Positions 49,942-58,264 of a stretch of 64,000 nt of DNA are shown here, piece after piece (the stretch's first letter is position 1; each line of letters starts with the position of its first letter). Both the position numbers and the translations under genes were made by a program. The notes beneath the pieces are model-generated. The model was not told the DNA's origin and did not search any database. It worked only from the letters and a program-made list of their open reading frames with translations. The stretch is from Terriglobia bacterium (GTDB lineage: Bacteria; Acidobacteriota; Terriglobia; 20CM-2-55-15): NCBI GenBank assembly GCA_965218585.1, contig CBDCLE010000003.1, positions 1-64,000 of the forward strand, given 5' to 3'.

Positions 49942-51237
49942 ATGAGGGGAAATTCGACGATTTGGACCGTGCTCGCCCTGATGGCCTGCACGGCGTTCAC
50001 AATCTCGTGTTCGAACAGTGAAGCCCAGGCGCAAACCGAGCCCAGCTACCTTTTCGATCCTACCTGGCCGCAGCCGCTTCCGGACAACTGGAAGATGGGC
50101 GGCGTCACCGGTCTTGCCGTCGACAGCAACGGTGACGTCTGGGCGCTGACCCGCCCGAACGACCTGACTTCCATCGAATTGCAGGCCGAACTCACGCCTC
50201 CGATATCGGCGTGCTGCGTGCGGTCTCCGACGATGATTCATTTCGACAAAGAAGGTCGTGTCATCGGCTCCTTCAATGCGCCGCAGGGTCACGGAATGGA
50301 TGTGGACGATGAGGGATTCGTCTACATCGGGCAGGACACGGTCCGCAAATACGATCCGCAGACCGGCCAGGTCGTTGCCGAAGTAGCGCGGACACCGGAA
50401 CGGGAGAACGGCGCCCCTGTTGGGCTTCGCCCGCTGCCCGAACCTGTGCCGGGTCAAGGATCGGCCGGTGCCGTCTATAGGTTCCTGCCACCGCCCGCAA
50501 GGCCGGCTCCGCCCCGCGACCCTGAAGCTGCCCGAAGGGCAGGGGAGGCGCGCGCCGCGTTTCGCGAAGAGTATCCACCGGAGACTCCGATGATCGTGGG
50601 TGGCCTCGAAGAAATCAGGATCATCGAAGCCGACAACGAGATGTACGTCGCAGACAATTATTTGGGTGGGCGGGTGCTCGTCTTTGCTCTGGATACATTC
50701 GAGTTCAAACGAGGATGGGGCGCCTATGGTAAACCGCTGGCCGAGATCAGCACCGACGACGCCGATCATGCCTATACGCCCAACGGCCCGACGCCGCAGG
50801 ACTTCGCGGGCCATCTGACGCTGAATGTTTCCAATGACGGGCTCGTGTACGCGGCAGACCGGAACGCCAACCGCATTCACGTCACTACCAAAGAAGGCGA
50901 ATTTCTCGAAGAGTTTATGGTCGCACCCGGCACGGGCGCTGGCGGCTCCACCGGCGGCGTGGCGTTCTCGCCCGACCCCGAGCAGCAGTTTCTTTACATC
51001 TCAGATCTCACGAACAATAAGATCTGGTTCTTGAACCGCGAGGACGGTACCGTCGTGGGCGAAATGGGCGGCATGGGAGAGAACGGCGGCCAGTTCTTCG
51101 GTCTGCACATGATCGCTGTGGACCCGGACGGCAACATCTACACCGGTGAGGTTTTCGCCGGCGAACGCGTGCAACGATTCGTGCCGGGCGATAGCCCGAG
51201 GGGAGAATTGCTCCAGCAATTGTCCGAGATGCAGTAG
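49942..51237 (+). CDS. Secreted NHL-repeat beta-propeller protein
   Basis: DPTWPQPLPDNW, HGMDVD, ADRNANRI, HMIAVDPDGNIYTGE. Confidence 0.82.
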   Translation: MRGNSTIWTVLALMACTAFTISCSNSEAQAQTEPSYLFDPTWPQPLPDNWKMGGVTGLAVDSNGDVWALTRPNDLTSIELQAELTPPISACCVRSPTMIHFDKEGRVIGSFNAPQGHGMDVDDEGFVYIGQDTVRKYDPQTGQVVAEVARTPERENGAPVGLRPLPEPVPGQGSAGAVYRFLPPPARPAPPRDPEAARRAGEARAAFREEYPPETPMIVGGLEEIRIIEADNEMYVADNYLGGRVLVFALDTFEFKRGWGAYGKPLAEISTDDADHAYTPNGPTPQDFAGHLTLNVSNDGLVYAADRNANRIHVTTKEGEFLEEFMVAPGTGAGGSTGGVAFSPDPEQQFLYISDLTNNKIWFLNREDGTVVGEMGGMGENGGQFFGLHMIAVDPDGNIYTGEVFAGERVQRFVPGDSPRGELLQQLSEMQ

Positions 51238-51280
51238 CGCACCGTCTGGGCGTCGTTCCCTCGATCAGGTCGCCGCTGGA

Positions 51281-52312
51281 CTAGGGACCCGTCAAGAGTT
51301 GGTAGGCCTCCGCGATCAGGTTAACTCTACGCTCCTCATAAAGGAGCCAGTTTTCGTGGTCGGGAAAAGAGAGGTTCTCGCGCATATCTTCCAGGCTTCT
51401 TCCTTCGGCGATCCCGCTGGCAACGGCCGCCTCGAGCGCTCGAAGAAAATCAAGATAGAGCATCAAATCGGCTTTTTCTCCAACGATATTGCCGTGGCCC
51501 GCAACGAGAATGTCAAAATCCAGCTCCTGAACCCTGGCATTTGCGTCCACGTACCGATCGACAGGATAACCGTTTAAGCTCACTGGAAAGCGTTGCACGT
51601 GAAGGAGATCTACGCCGAAGACCGTCCGCTCCTCAGGGAATAGCAAGACGGTCATGTCGTCGGAGTGAGCGGGATCCGGGTGTATCAAATCCACCCTGCT
51701 GCCCCCCAGTGTGATGCTCATCCGGGTCGAGTACACGATGTCCGGTCTGGGTGTATCGGCATTGATTTCCACACCCGTGATGCTGTCGTCCTCATCCCTG
51801 TCGTACTTGTCGAAGTTGCCGGGGTATCCCGGGTCCGTTGCCTCAGCCCTTTCGATTCTTCCGTTTCCGTTCCGGTCCATCTGGCCTGCATTGCTGGGGA
51901 AGGGAGCATCCAGAGCAGTCACCACGTTTTCGTGCGCAACGAACGTGGCCGTGTCGGCAAACACGTTGCCGCCTGTGGAGTGTTCCGGGTGATGGTGACT
52001 ATAGATCACATACGTCACGGTGGAACCGAAGCGGTCTCGAAGCTCCGTCTTGAGCCACTCGGCGAACTCGACGCCGATAGGGTCGGCCAGGATGACGCCT
52101 TCAGGTGTTACCAGGAACACCGTGTTGTGGATGGCATCCCGTCCTTCATAGAGGTTGCCGGCGATGTTGATGATTTCGCCTGGGGGGTCTACTTCTTCGA
52201 CTGGATTCACCGGGGTATCGACTTGCGGGGCGCAAGCGGACGCTATTAACGCAACGCACGGAACTCTCACCCAGCGGATCAGTCTATCGAACATGACCTT
52301 TCCCGATGACAT
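51281..52312 (-). CDS. MBL-fold lipoprotein with inserted EF-hand pair (paralog of 37265-38326)
   Basis: ASAC lipobox; SHHHPEH; DRNGNGRIERAE, DRDEDDSITGVE; AGHG. Confidence 0.83.
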   Translation of the reverse strand: MSSGKVMFDRLIRWVRVPCVALIASACAPQVDTPVNPVEEVDPPGEIINIAGNLYEGRDAIHNTVFLVTPEGVILADPIGVEFAEWLKTELRDRFGSTVTYVIYSHHHPEHSTGGNVFADTATFVAHENVVTALDAPFPSNAGQMDRNGNGRIERAEATDPGYPGNFDKYDRDEDDSITGVEINADTPRPDIVYSTRMSITLGGSRVDLIHPDPAHSDDMTVLLFPEERTVFGVDLLHVQRFPVSLNGYPVDRYVDANARVQELDFDILVAGHGNIVGEKADLMLYLDFLRALEAAVASGIAEGRSLEDMRENLSFPDHENWLLYEERRVNLIAEAYQLLTGP

Positions 52313-52801
52313 CTAGCGAGTTGGCACCCAGGTCCGCATCGCCTCCATATGGAGCGAGTCGGGACCGATCTCGACGAGCTCGATTCTCGCACCGCCGGGA
52401 CCGAAGACGTTCGTGAGAAGCGCGTTTGTTGAACCGGAACGCGGCTGCTCGGCCTCCAGGCCCTCCGACCCGAGCCTCCGGACCGTTGCTTCCAGATCGT
52501 CGACTTGTATACCGACGTGCGTGAACCCGGCCGGACGATCCGGATTGGCAGGCTGGATTTCCAGGAACGTGTCACGATTTATGTGGAGATAAGTGAGGCG
52601 TGGAGTGCCATCGGGCGCGCTGATGGCGAATGCTTCGCGAAAGCCCATTGTCTCCGTGTAGAAGTTGATCGCTTCGTCGAAGTTGTCGACGCTGATCCCG
52701 ACGTGATTCAATGCCTGATCGCCCTGCTGCTGTGCAGCAGTGGGTTGTATCACCAGGATGCCGACGAGCACCCCCATTAGAAATAGCGCTAAGCCACGCA
52801 T
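52313..52801 (-). CDS. Secreted VOC/glyoxalase-family protein
   Basis: LNHVGISV, FY..MGF, THVG, GARIELVE. Confidence 0.86.
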   Translation of the reverse strand: MRGLALFLMGVLVGILVIQPTAAQQQGDQALNHVGISVDNFDEAINFYTETMGFREAFAISAPDGTPRLTYLHINRDTFLEIQPANPDRPAGFTHVGIQVDDLEATVRRLGSEGLEAEQPRSGSTNALLTNVFGPGGARIELVEIGPDSLHMEAMRTWVPTR

Positions 52802-52827
52802 CTGAACCTCCTAAAAGCTTGTAAGTG

Positions 52828-53847
52828 TTATCCGCGGACGATGCATTCGTAAGGCTCTACTTGTACATCCGGGAGCCACAGCCAGGACTTTTCCATTACG
52901 ACCGGCTCGGTAAAATTCGCCGCATCGGTAACCGTCATTGTCAAATCCAAGCGGCTGCCGTCCGTACTGGGAGTGAAGCGTTCCTCGACCCGGGCGGCTT
53001 CACTAAGGGGTATGCCAAGGACGTGGTGGAAGTAATCCCAACTGATCCGGTTCGTCATTACAACGAGCGTTCTGTCCTCCCACCGGCCGACGGAGTAACC
53101 CAACTCTGTGCGGGCTTGGGCTCGGCCCGGTTCGGCGTCCAGGTAAATTGTGCGAACGATGTCGTACTCCTCTATTCGGAGCAGAACGGTCTCATCCTGC
53201 TCGACAAACTCCATCGGATAGGGCTGTTCCATGATCGTGGGCATGCCTTTGGCCGTGCAATTGAGAATCGGACTGTCGGCCACGGGATCGAACGCGTCGG
53301 CTGCAGCCTGTGCGGTGGCCGTTAAGGGATAGCTCTCGTTCCAGAGTCGACTCTGCCTGAAACTGGTGCTCCAGACTCGGAAGATACCCCTGGCCGGATC
53401 CGAACTGTCGCCCGCCTCGGCGAGCCATGTTTCCGATGTGCCGATCGTTTCGCCTTCCCACCTCAGTGCCGATCCGGGACTCAACAGGACTTCCTGCGTT
53501 CCCGGCAACAGCATATTTCGGGCAAACAGTCCGTTTCCCCCTCTTCTTGCCGGATTACCGGCGATCCGGACCCTTTCGCCAACCGTCAGGACATCGCTTG
53601 AGACATCCATCCGCCTCAAAATACTGACAGAGTTCGTTTCAATACCCCAAAGTTCTTCTTCGCCGTTGTCCGCCCCCACCGAAATTACTAAACGCACATG
53701 GGGGTTTCGCCAGCTGATCTGGGTGAGGTTTCCCTCGATCTCGACGATGGTACCCACATCGAAGTTTGCGCCAACACTGTGGTGAGCATAGGCCACAGGG
53801 AGACAAAGAAGCCCGAAAAGAAGCCAAACGCCAGCTCTAGGTATCAT
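52828..53847 (-). CDS. Module H + module C fusion (close paralog of 38390-39418)
   Basis: AYA-HHSVGANFDV, WRNPH, CTAKGMP, GYSVGRWE, PYEC; long stretches identical to 38390-39418. Confidence 0.84.
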   Translation of the reverse strand: MIPRAGVWLLFGLLCLPVAYAHHSVGANFDVGTIVEIEGNLTQISWRNPHVRLVISVGADNGEEELWGIETNSVSILRRMDVSSDVLTVGERVRIAGNPARRGGNGLFARNMLLPGTQEVLLSPGSALRWEGETIGTSETWLAEAGDSSDPARGIFRVWSTSFRQSRLWNESYPLTATAQAAADAFDPVADSPILNCTAKGMPTIMEQPYPMEFVEQDETVLLRIEEYDIVRTIYLDAEPGRAQARTELGYSVGRWEDRTLVVMTNRISWDYFHHVLGIPLSEAARVEERFTPSTDGSRLDLTMTVTDAANFTEPVVMEKSWLWLPDVQVEPYECIVRG

Positions 53848-54015
53848 CACACTCTCCTCGAAGAAGTTCGGCGACGGCCATAGCCGAGGGCCTCGCCGTA
53901 GCACAGAAAGCCCTGTGCCAGTAAGAATAACTGAGACCGGTTTTCCCAATCCATACTGCAGCAACGCGCTGCTCATTGCCATATTTTTCGCCCATAATCA
54001 GGTGTCGATCCCGGG

Positions 54016-55173
54016 TTAATTGTATCGGCTGACTGTCAGCCGGACACCGCCCGGTTGCGGCGTATCTCGATCGTTGGCGTAGTAGGCGGTCAACCGCAGT
54101 CGGGTGCCTTCGGGAAGGAGCAACGGTTCGGTGAGAATGTAGGGTGTCGGCCAATCCGTCGGAATGTCCCTGGCGAACAGCAGGACCTGGGTACCTCCAT
54201 CCGGCCGTCTCGCCGACACCTCGATGGACGTGATGCCTTCGGTGACTTCCGGTCGCAAGGACCAGACGTAAGTGTCCGATTCCAGTTCCGCCTCTGCACG
54301 GAACTTTTCTGTAGTGCCACCCGCGGAAACCTCGCCTCTGGCCTCGAGTACCAGGTCCGATGGCGACTCGGGCGCCCCGTCGGTGTAGACCAGTCCCAGC
54401 GTGCCCCGTTCAACGACCTCCTCGCTCGTGCCCCGGTAATGAACCTCGGCAACAATGCCCGACCCTGCCGGCAACCTGTACGCCACTGGGTCGGGAAGCT
54501 CCACGAAACCATGCCAGGGTGTCCAGCTCCCCAGCCACTGACCGGTCTCCTCGAGTGTAAAGAACGCCGCCCGGACAACGCGCCGGTCGCCCGGCTTGTA
54601 TTCGAGTCCTCGGACCCAGCGCTCCCGGTCGAGTTCGAGATCGATCACCTTCCGCTCGATCCTGTCCGCTGCTCCCTCCTCGATCGTGGTTGGGGCAAAA
54701 CGCCGTGTCAAGCTGGGTGGCCCAAGTTCCCATTCGTCGAAATCCGGGTTTGCGGCAACCGCCTCGGGTGGGCGCGCGCCGGCACCCAGGACGTTCAGGA
54801 ACACCTCTCCAGCGTTACGAGGGCCCAGGCCCTCCACCCACGAGATGACGAACTGTGTCTCCCTCAGAGTCAGACTGTTGTTGTTTGAGAAGTCTCCGTA
54901 TCCCGGGACTGCCGCCCAGGGTGGCATGTGACGGGCCAGTACCCGGGTGAGAATCGGTTCCCGCTCGAGCCACGTCTCTTCGTAGCTGACCAGTGGGAAC
55001 GACAACGCGTTCTCTGAATGACACATAACGCAATGGGCATTCAGTATCCGTACGATCTCCCGGTCGAAGAGCACGGTGTTCGTGGTCGTGACGTGAGACA
55101 GACTCGTCTTCGGCCCGAGTAGCCCACAGGTGAGTGCCGCGAAGGCGACGATCCCGAAGAGGGTCTTCTTCAT
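54016..55173 (-). CDS. Secreted c-type cytochrome fused to copper type II monooxygenase-like domains
   Basis: CVMCH, MPPW; EYKPGDRRVV, SWTPW, LPAGS..EVHY, LPEGTRL..AYY.N. Confidence 0.72.
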   Translation of the reverse strand: MKKTLFGIVAFAALTCGLLGPKTSLSHVTTTNTVLFDREIVRILNAHCVMCHSENALSFPLVSYEETWLEREPILTRVLARHMPPWAAVPGYGDFSNNNSLTLRETQFVISWVEGLGPRNAGEVFLNVLGAGARPPEAVAANPDFDEWELGPPSLTRRFAPTTIEEGAADRIERKVIDLELDRERWVRGLEYKPGDRRVVRAAFFTLEETGQWLGSWTPWHGFVELPDPVAYRLPAGSGIVAEVHYRGTSEEVVERGTLGLVYTDGAPESPSDLVLEARGEVSAGGTTEKFRAEAELESDTYVWSLRPEVTEGITSIEVSARRPDGGTQVLLFARDIPTDWPTPYILTEPLLLPEGTRLRLTAYYANDRDTPQPGGVRLTVSRYN

Positions 55174-55176
55174 ACG

Positions 55177-56229
55177 CTACTCCGAAGCCGCCACGTCGAA
55201 GGTGAATTGAAACGTGTAGATCTCGTCGTTGCGTTGAAACTGAGTCCATGCGCGATAGTTACCCGGTTTCGGCATTAACCCTTCGAAGGTAACTTCCGGG
55301 CCTCCCCTGAGCGAGGAATTGTCCACTCCCATCGGCAGCATCAAAGGCAGCGGTCCGGTCTCGTCATCAGAGTTTTCCAGATCGAGCGGGTGAGAGTGGA
55401 CATAGTCCACCATGTCCTCGCTCATGATGAGCATGTGCCCGAACGACGCCAGGTACGGTTGAAGGTCGGTTACGGGAAGCCCTGTTTCCGTATCGTTCAG
55501 CCGGAACATCAGATGGCCGTACAGACCGGCAACAAATCTTTCAGGGTCGTACGACAGCGTTGCCGTAACGTCGTCGATGGTTTTCGTCAGGACCGAATCG
55601 GGCACCAGATGGGCGCTGTCCCCGGCCAGATCGCCGTCGTAGCCCTCGGTGACGAGGCTTCGCGCGATGAACTGAGACGAACCGCCGTTGGGAACGAAAT
55701 CCGACAGGACTTTGTAATAACCCTCTTTCGGGAGCGTCACTTCGATGGACCACGTTCCGTCCGGACCCTGTTCCGGGTGGATATGTTCGAAGTGCTCCAT
55801 GTCCTGGCTGATGACGAACAGGTGATAGCGCTTGTCGTGCACCACCGGGAAGTCCCGTATCTGCTCGCCGGTGGTGGGATGGAAGATCCTGAAGAGCAAC
55901 GTGGCTTTCTCCGCGGCCTTCACAACCCGAGGCATGGTCTCGAAGTCCAGCCGGTAGTCTCTGACCGCGTATGGATTGGCCTCGACCAACGTCATGCCGT
56001 CGCGCGGACACGTTCCGCCAACACGGGCCGTGTAGTCCGGGTGCATTGGACAAACCCAGGCGATTTCCTCTTCGGGATCCAGGATCGGCGGCGGCATCCT
56101 TTCCATGTTCATTTGCTGCATGAAAGCAAATGCCGTCGAGGCGGCCAGGAACAGAAGGAACAGTAAAGATATGGGCAGGCGGGAATTCGCTCGAATCGTT
56201 CGAACCATCGATTTCAAGAACCACCCCAT
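55177..56229 (-). CDS. Secreted heavy-metal-binding protein (start uncertain)
   Basis: WVCPMHP..GTCPRDGMTL; HDKRYHLF, HIHP, LQPYL..GH, YVHSHP, YRAWTQFQR. Confidence 0.78.
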   Translation of the reverse strand: MGWFLKSMVRTIRANSRLPISLLFLLFLAASTAFAFMQQMNMERMPPPILDPEEEIAWVCPMHPDYTARVGGTCPRDGMTLVEANPYAVRDYRLDFETMPRVVKAAEKATLLFRIFHPTTGEQIRDFPVVHDKRYHLFVISQDMEHFEHIHPEQGPDGTWSIEVTLPKEGYYKVLSDFVPNGGSSQFIARSLVTEGYDGDLAGDSAHLVPDSVLTKTIDDVTATLSYDPERFVAGLYGHLMFRLNDTETGLPVTDLQPYLASFGHMLIMSEDMVDYVHSHPLDLENSDDETGPLPLMLPMGVDNSSLRGGPEVTFEGLMPKPGNYRAWTQFQRNDEIYTFQFTFDVAASE

Positions 56230-56263
56230 TTTCAGATTCGGCCCGGTTGTTGCTGATTTTCCT

Positions 56264-58216
56264 CTACCGGTGCGGGCTCGTTGCGTTGCTTTCGTATGTT
56301 CCCGATCCGGGCCCGGGCAGTTCCTCACTCCGCAGCCCTGTGTACTTCGCGACGTGTAGTCCGGTGTCGCTGTCACTCCAGTAGATCAGTCCGTCTTTGA
56401 AAAGGGGGTAGCTTCGGGTCACTCCGTGGGGAATCGTCAGCGCATGCCCCACCTCGCGCGGAGTGTACGGCCGGGAGATGTCGATCGCTCTCAGTCCGTG
56501 CCCGTACCAGCTCGTGAAGACGAGATTCCTGAAGACCGTGGGGTTGTGGTTCTGCTGAGGTACCCTGCGCCGGGGTTCACCGTTGGGTTCGGTGTTGGCT
56601 TGATCGAAACACTCGTCGACGCGGCTATCAGGAATCCCGAACGCTCCGACCATTACCGGTGTCGCCTCTGACTCAACCGACACCATCCGGGCGTACATGA
56701 GCGGGCAACCGAAGTTCTCGTCGCTCAACCATACGAAGGCGGGTCGAGCCTTGGTGTTATCACGCACCTGGGCGGGCCGGCCCGGTACGAACACCGCGCT
56801 GTGGATGCCCGTCGGGAGCGAGCCGTACGGGGGATGAACATCGAGCCGTGAGCGAGTCAGCAAGACCAGATAGCGCGCCGCCTTCGCAGCGTCCGACGCC
56901 TCGGATGCCAGAAATGCCTGAAGACCCGGGTCATCACTGACGACCATGTGAAGGCAGTCGTTGGCGATCTCCCCTAGCCTGGAAGCGTCGACGAAGCCAT
57001 TGACCGACACGATCGTGGACCTCGGGTTACAGCTCGCCGTTCCATCTGCGAGTTGGGCGTTACTGTTGCCTGCGATCGCTTCCGAATTCAGGACATAGAA
57101 TCCCGCATTGCCCCCCGCGACGTAGACGCGCTCACCGTCATCGGACACCGACAACGAATGCATCATGTTGTTCTGACGGTCCTGGAAGTTTCCACCTCTG
57201 CCGGACCGATTCGTCAGGTGGCTGAAATCAGCGAAGCGGCCGTCGCCAAAAAGGCCGGTCGCGTCGGCTCTTTCGTTGATCGGCGGACCTCCGACTTCTT
57301 GCAGGCTAAAGCCGGCGAGCACCTGCGGGCGCTCTAGAACCTCGCCCGTGTCCTCGTCTGTGACTGCCAGGACGATGCCGTCGGGAATCCGTAGTCCCGG
57401 ATTTTCAGGATCCGGAAGTCCGCCGCCGGAAAACATCGCCACGTAAACCAGAACGCGATTCGAGTTGGCCGGATCGTGCCAGAGAAAGAACTCGTGCGAC
57501 GGTCCATTGAAATCGTAGGTTTCGCTCTGGCTGACGGGTAGGCAGGTGTTCATATCGGCCCTGTACGTCTCGATCCGGCCGATGTTATTCGTCCCTGCGT
57601 TCCGAACCACGATCAACCGGTCTTCTCCGCTGGAGGTCTCGTATACGAGCGCACGAAGCTCACGGTCATCAAATCCCTGGTTGCCGACCGTCATCGGAGA
57701 GATCTCTCCGACCTGGACCGGCGCCGTCGTTTCGGGATCGGGTTGGATCTTGAAGATGTTGATGGAATGCGTCTGGCCAGGACCGTTCCTATGACCGACA
57801 TATATGCAGTCGCCGGCGATACCGAGGCCTCGAGCGTCACCTCCGCCGTCGAGGTCGCCCCCGCGCCATTGGCCCGTGCCGGGATCTTGCTCGGAGGGTA
57901 CCGTGATCACCCAGTGCAGGTGTTCAAAGTTCCGGAACAGGTTGAGTTCGTCCTCCAGCCGAAGGGCGCCCACCTTCGCATCTTCTTCCGAGGAGAAAGG
58001 ATCCAGTTCCCCTTCGCGGTTGACCCGGACTGAGGGCATCTGCCCGATGGGAGTGTCGAACGTGCTGGGCTGGCAACCGGCCGGATCGTTAGAAAAGTCG
58101 ACGCATTCCTGAACAGCTCCTGCCGCAGGCAGGGTGAAGGAAAGACAGAAGGAAAGAGGAGCGATAACCATGAAGGCCCGCCAGGTGGCCGGCCATGTGT
58201 GCTTGGGCGTGTTCAT
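56264..58216 (-). CDS. Large secreted uncharacterised protein (LVIVD-like repeats)
   Basis: Signal peptide; HEFFLWHDP, HSLSVSDDGERVY, HSAV, HNPT, SWYGHGLRAIDIS.P..PREVG. Confidence 0.68.
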   Translation of the reverse strand: MNTPKHTWPATWRAFMVIAPLSFCLSFTLPAAGAVQECVDFSNDPAGCQPSTFDTPIGQMPSVRVNREGELDPFSSEEDAKVGALRLEDELNLFRNFEHLHWVITVPSEQDPGTGQWRGGDLDGGGDARGLGIAGDCIYVGHRNGPGQTHSINIFKIQPDPETTAPVQVGEISPMTVGNQGFDDRELRALVYETSSGEDRLIVVRNAGTNNIGRIETYRADMNTCLPVSQSETYDFNGPSHEFFLWHDPANSNRVLVYVAMFSGGGLPDPENPGLRIPDGIVLAVTDEDTGEVLERPQVLAGFSLQEVGGPPINERADATGLFGDGRFADFSHLTNRSGRGGNFQDRQNNMMHSLSVSDDGERVYVAGGNAGFYVLNSEAIAGNSNAQLADGTASCNPRSTIVSVNGFVDASRLGEIANDCLHMVVSDDPGLQAFLASEASDAAKAARYLVLLTRSRLDVHPPYGSLPTGIHSAVFVPGRPAQVRDNTKARPAFVWLSDENFGCPLMYARMVSVESEATPVMVGAFGIPDSRVDECFDQANTEPNGEPRRRVPQQNHNPTVFRNLVFTSWYGHGLRAIDISRPYTPREVGHALTIPHGVTRSYPLFKDGLIYWSDSDTGLHVAKYTGLRSEELPGPGSGTYESNATSPHR

Positions 58217-58264
58217 CCTGTCTCTCCTGAACAATGAGTAACTCTTCCAGTTACTCTTCGAAAA

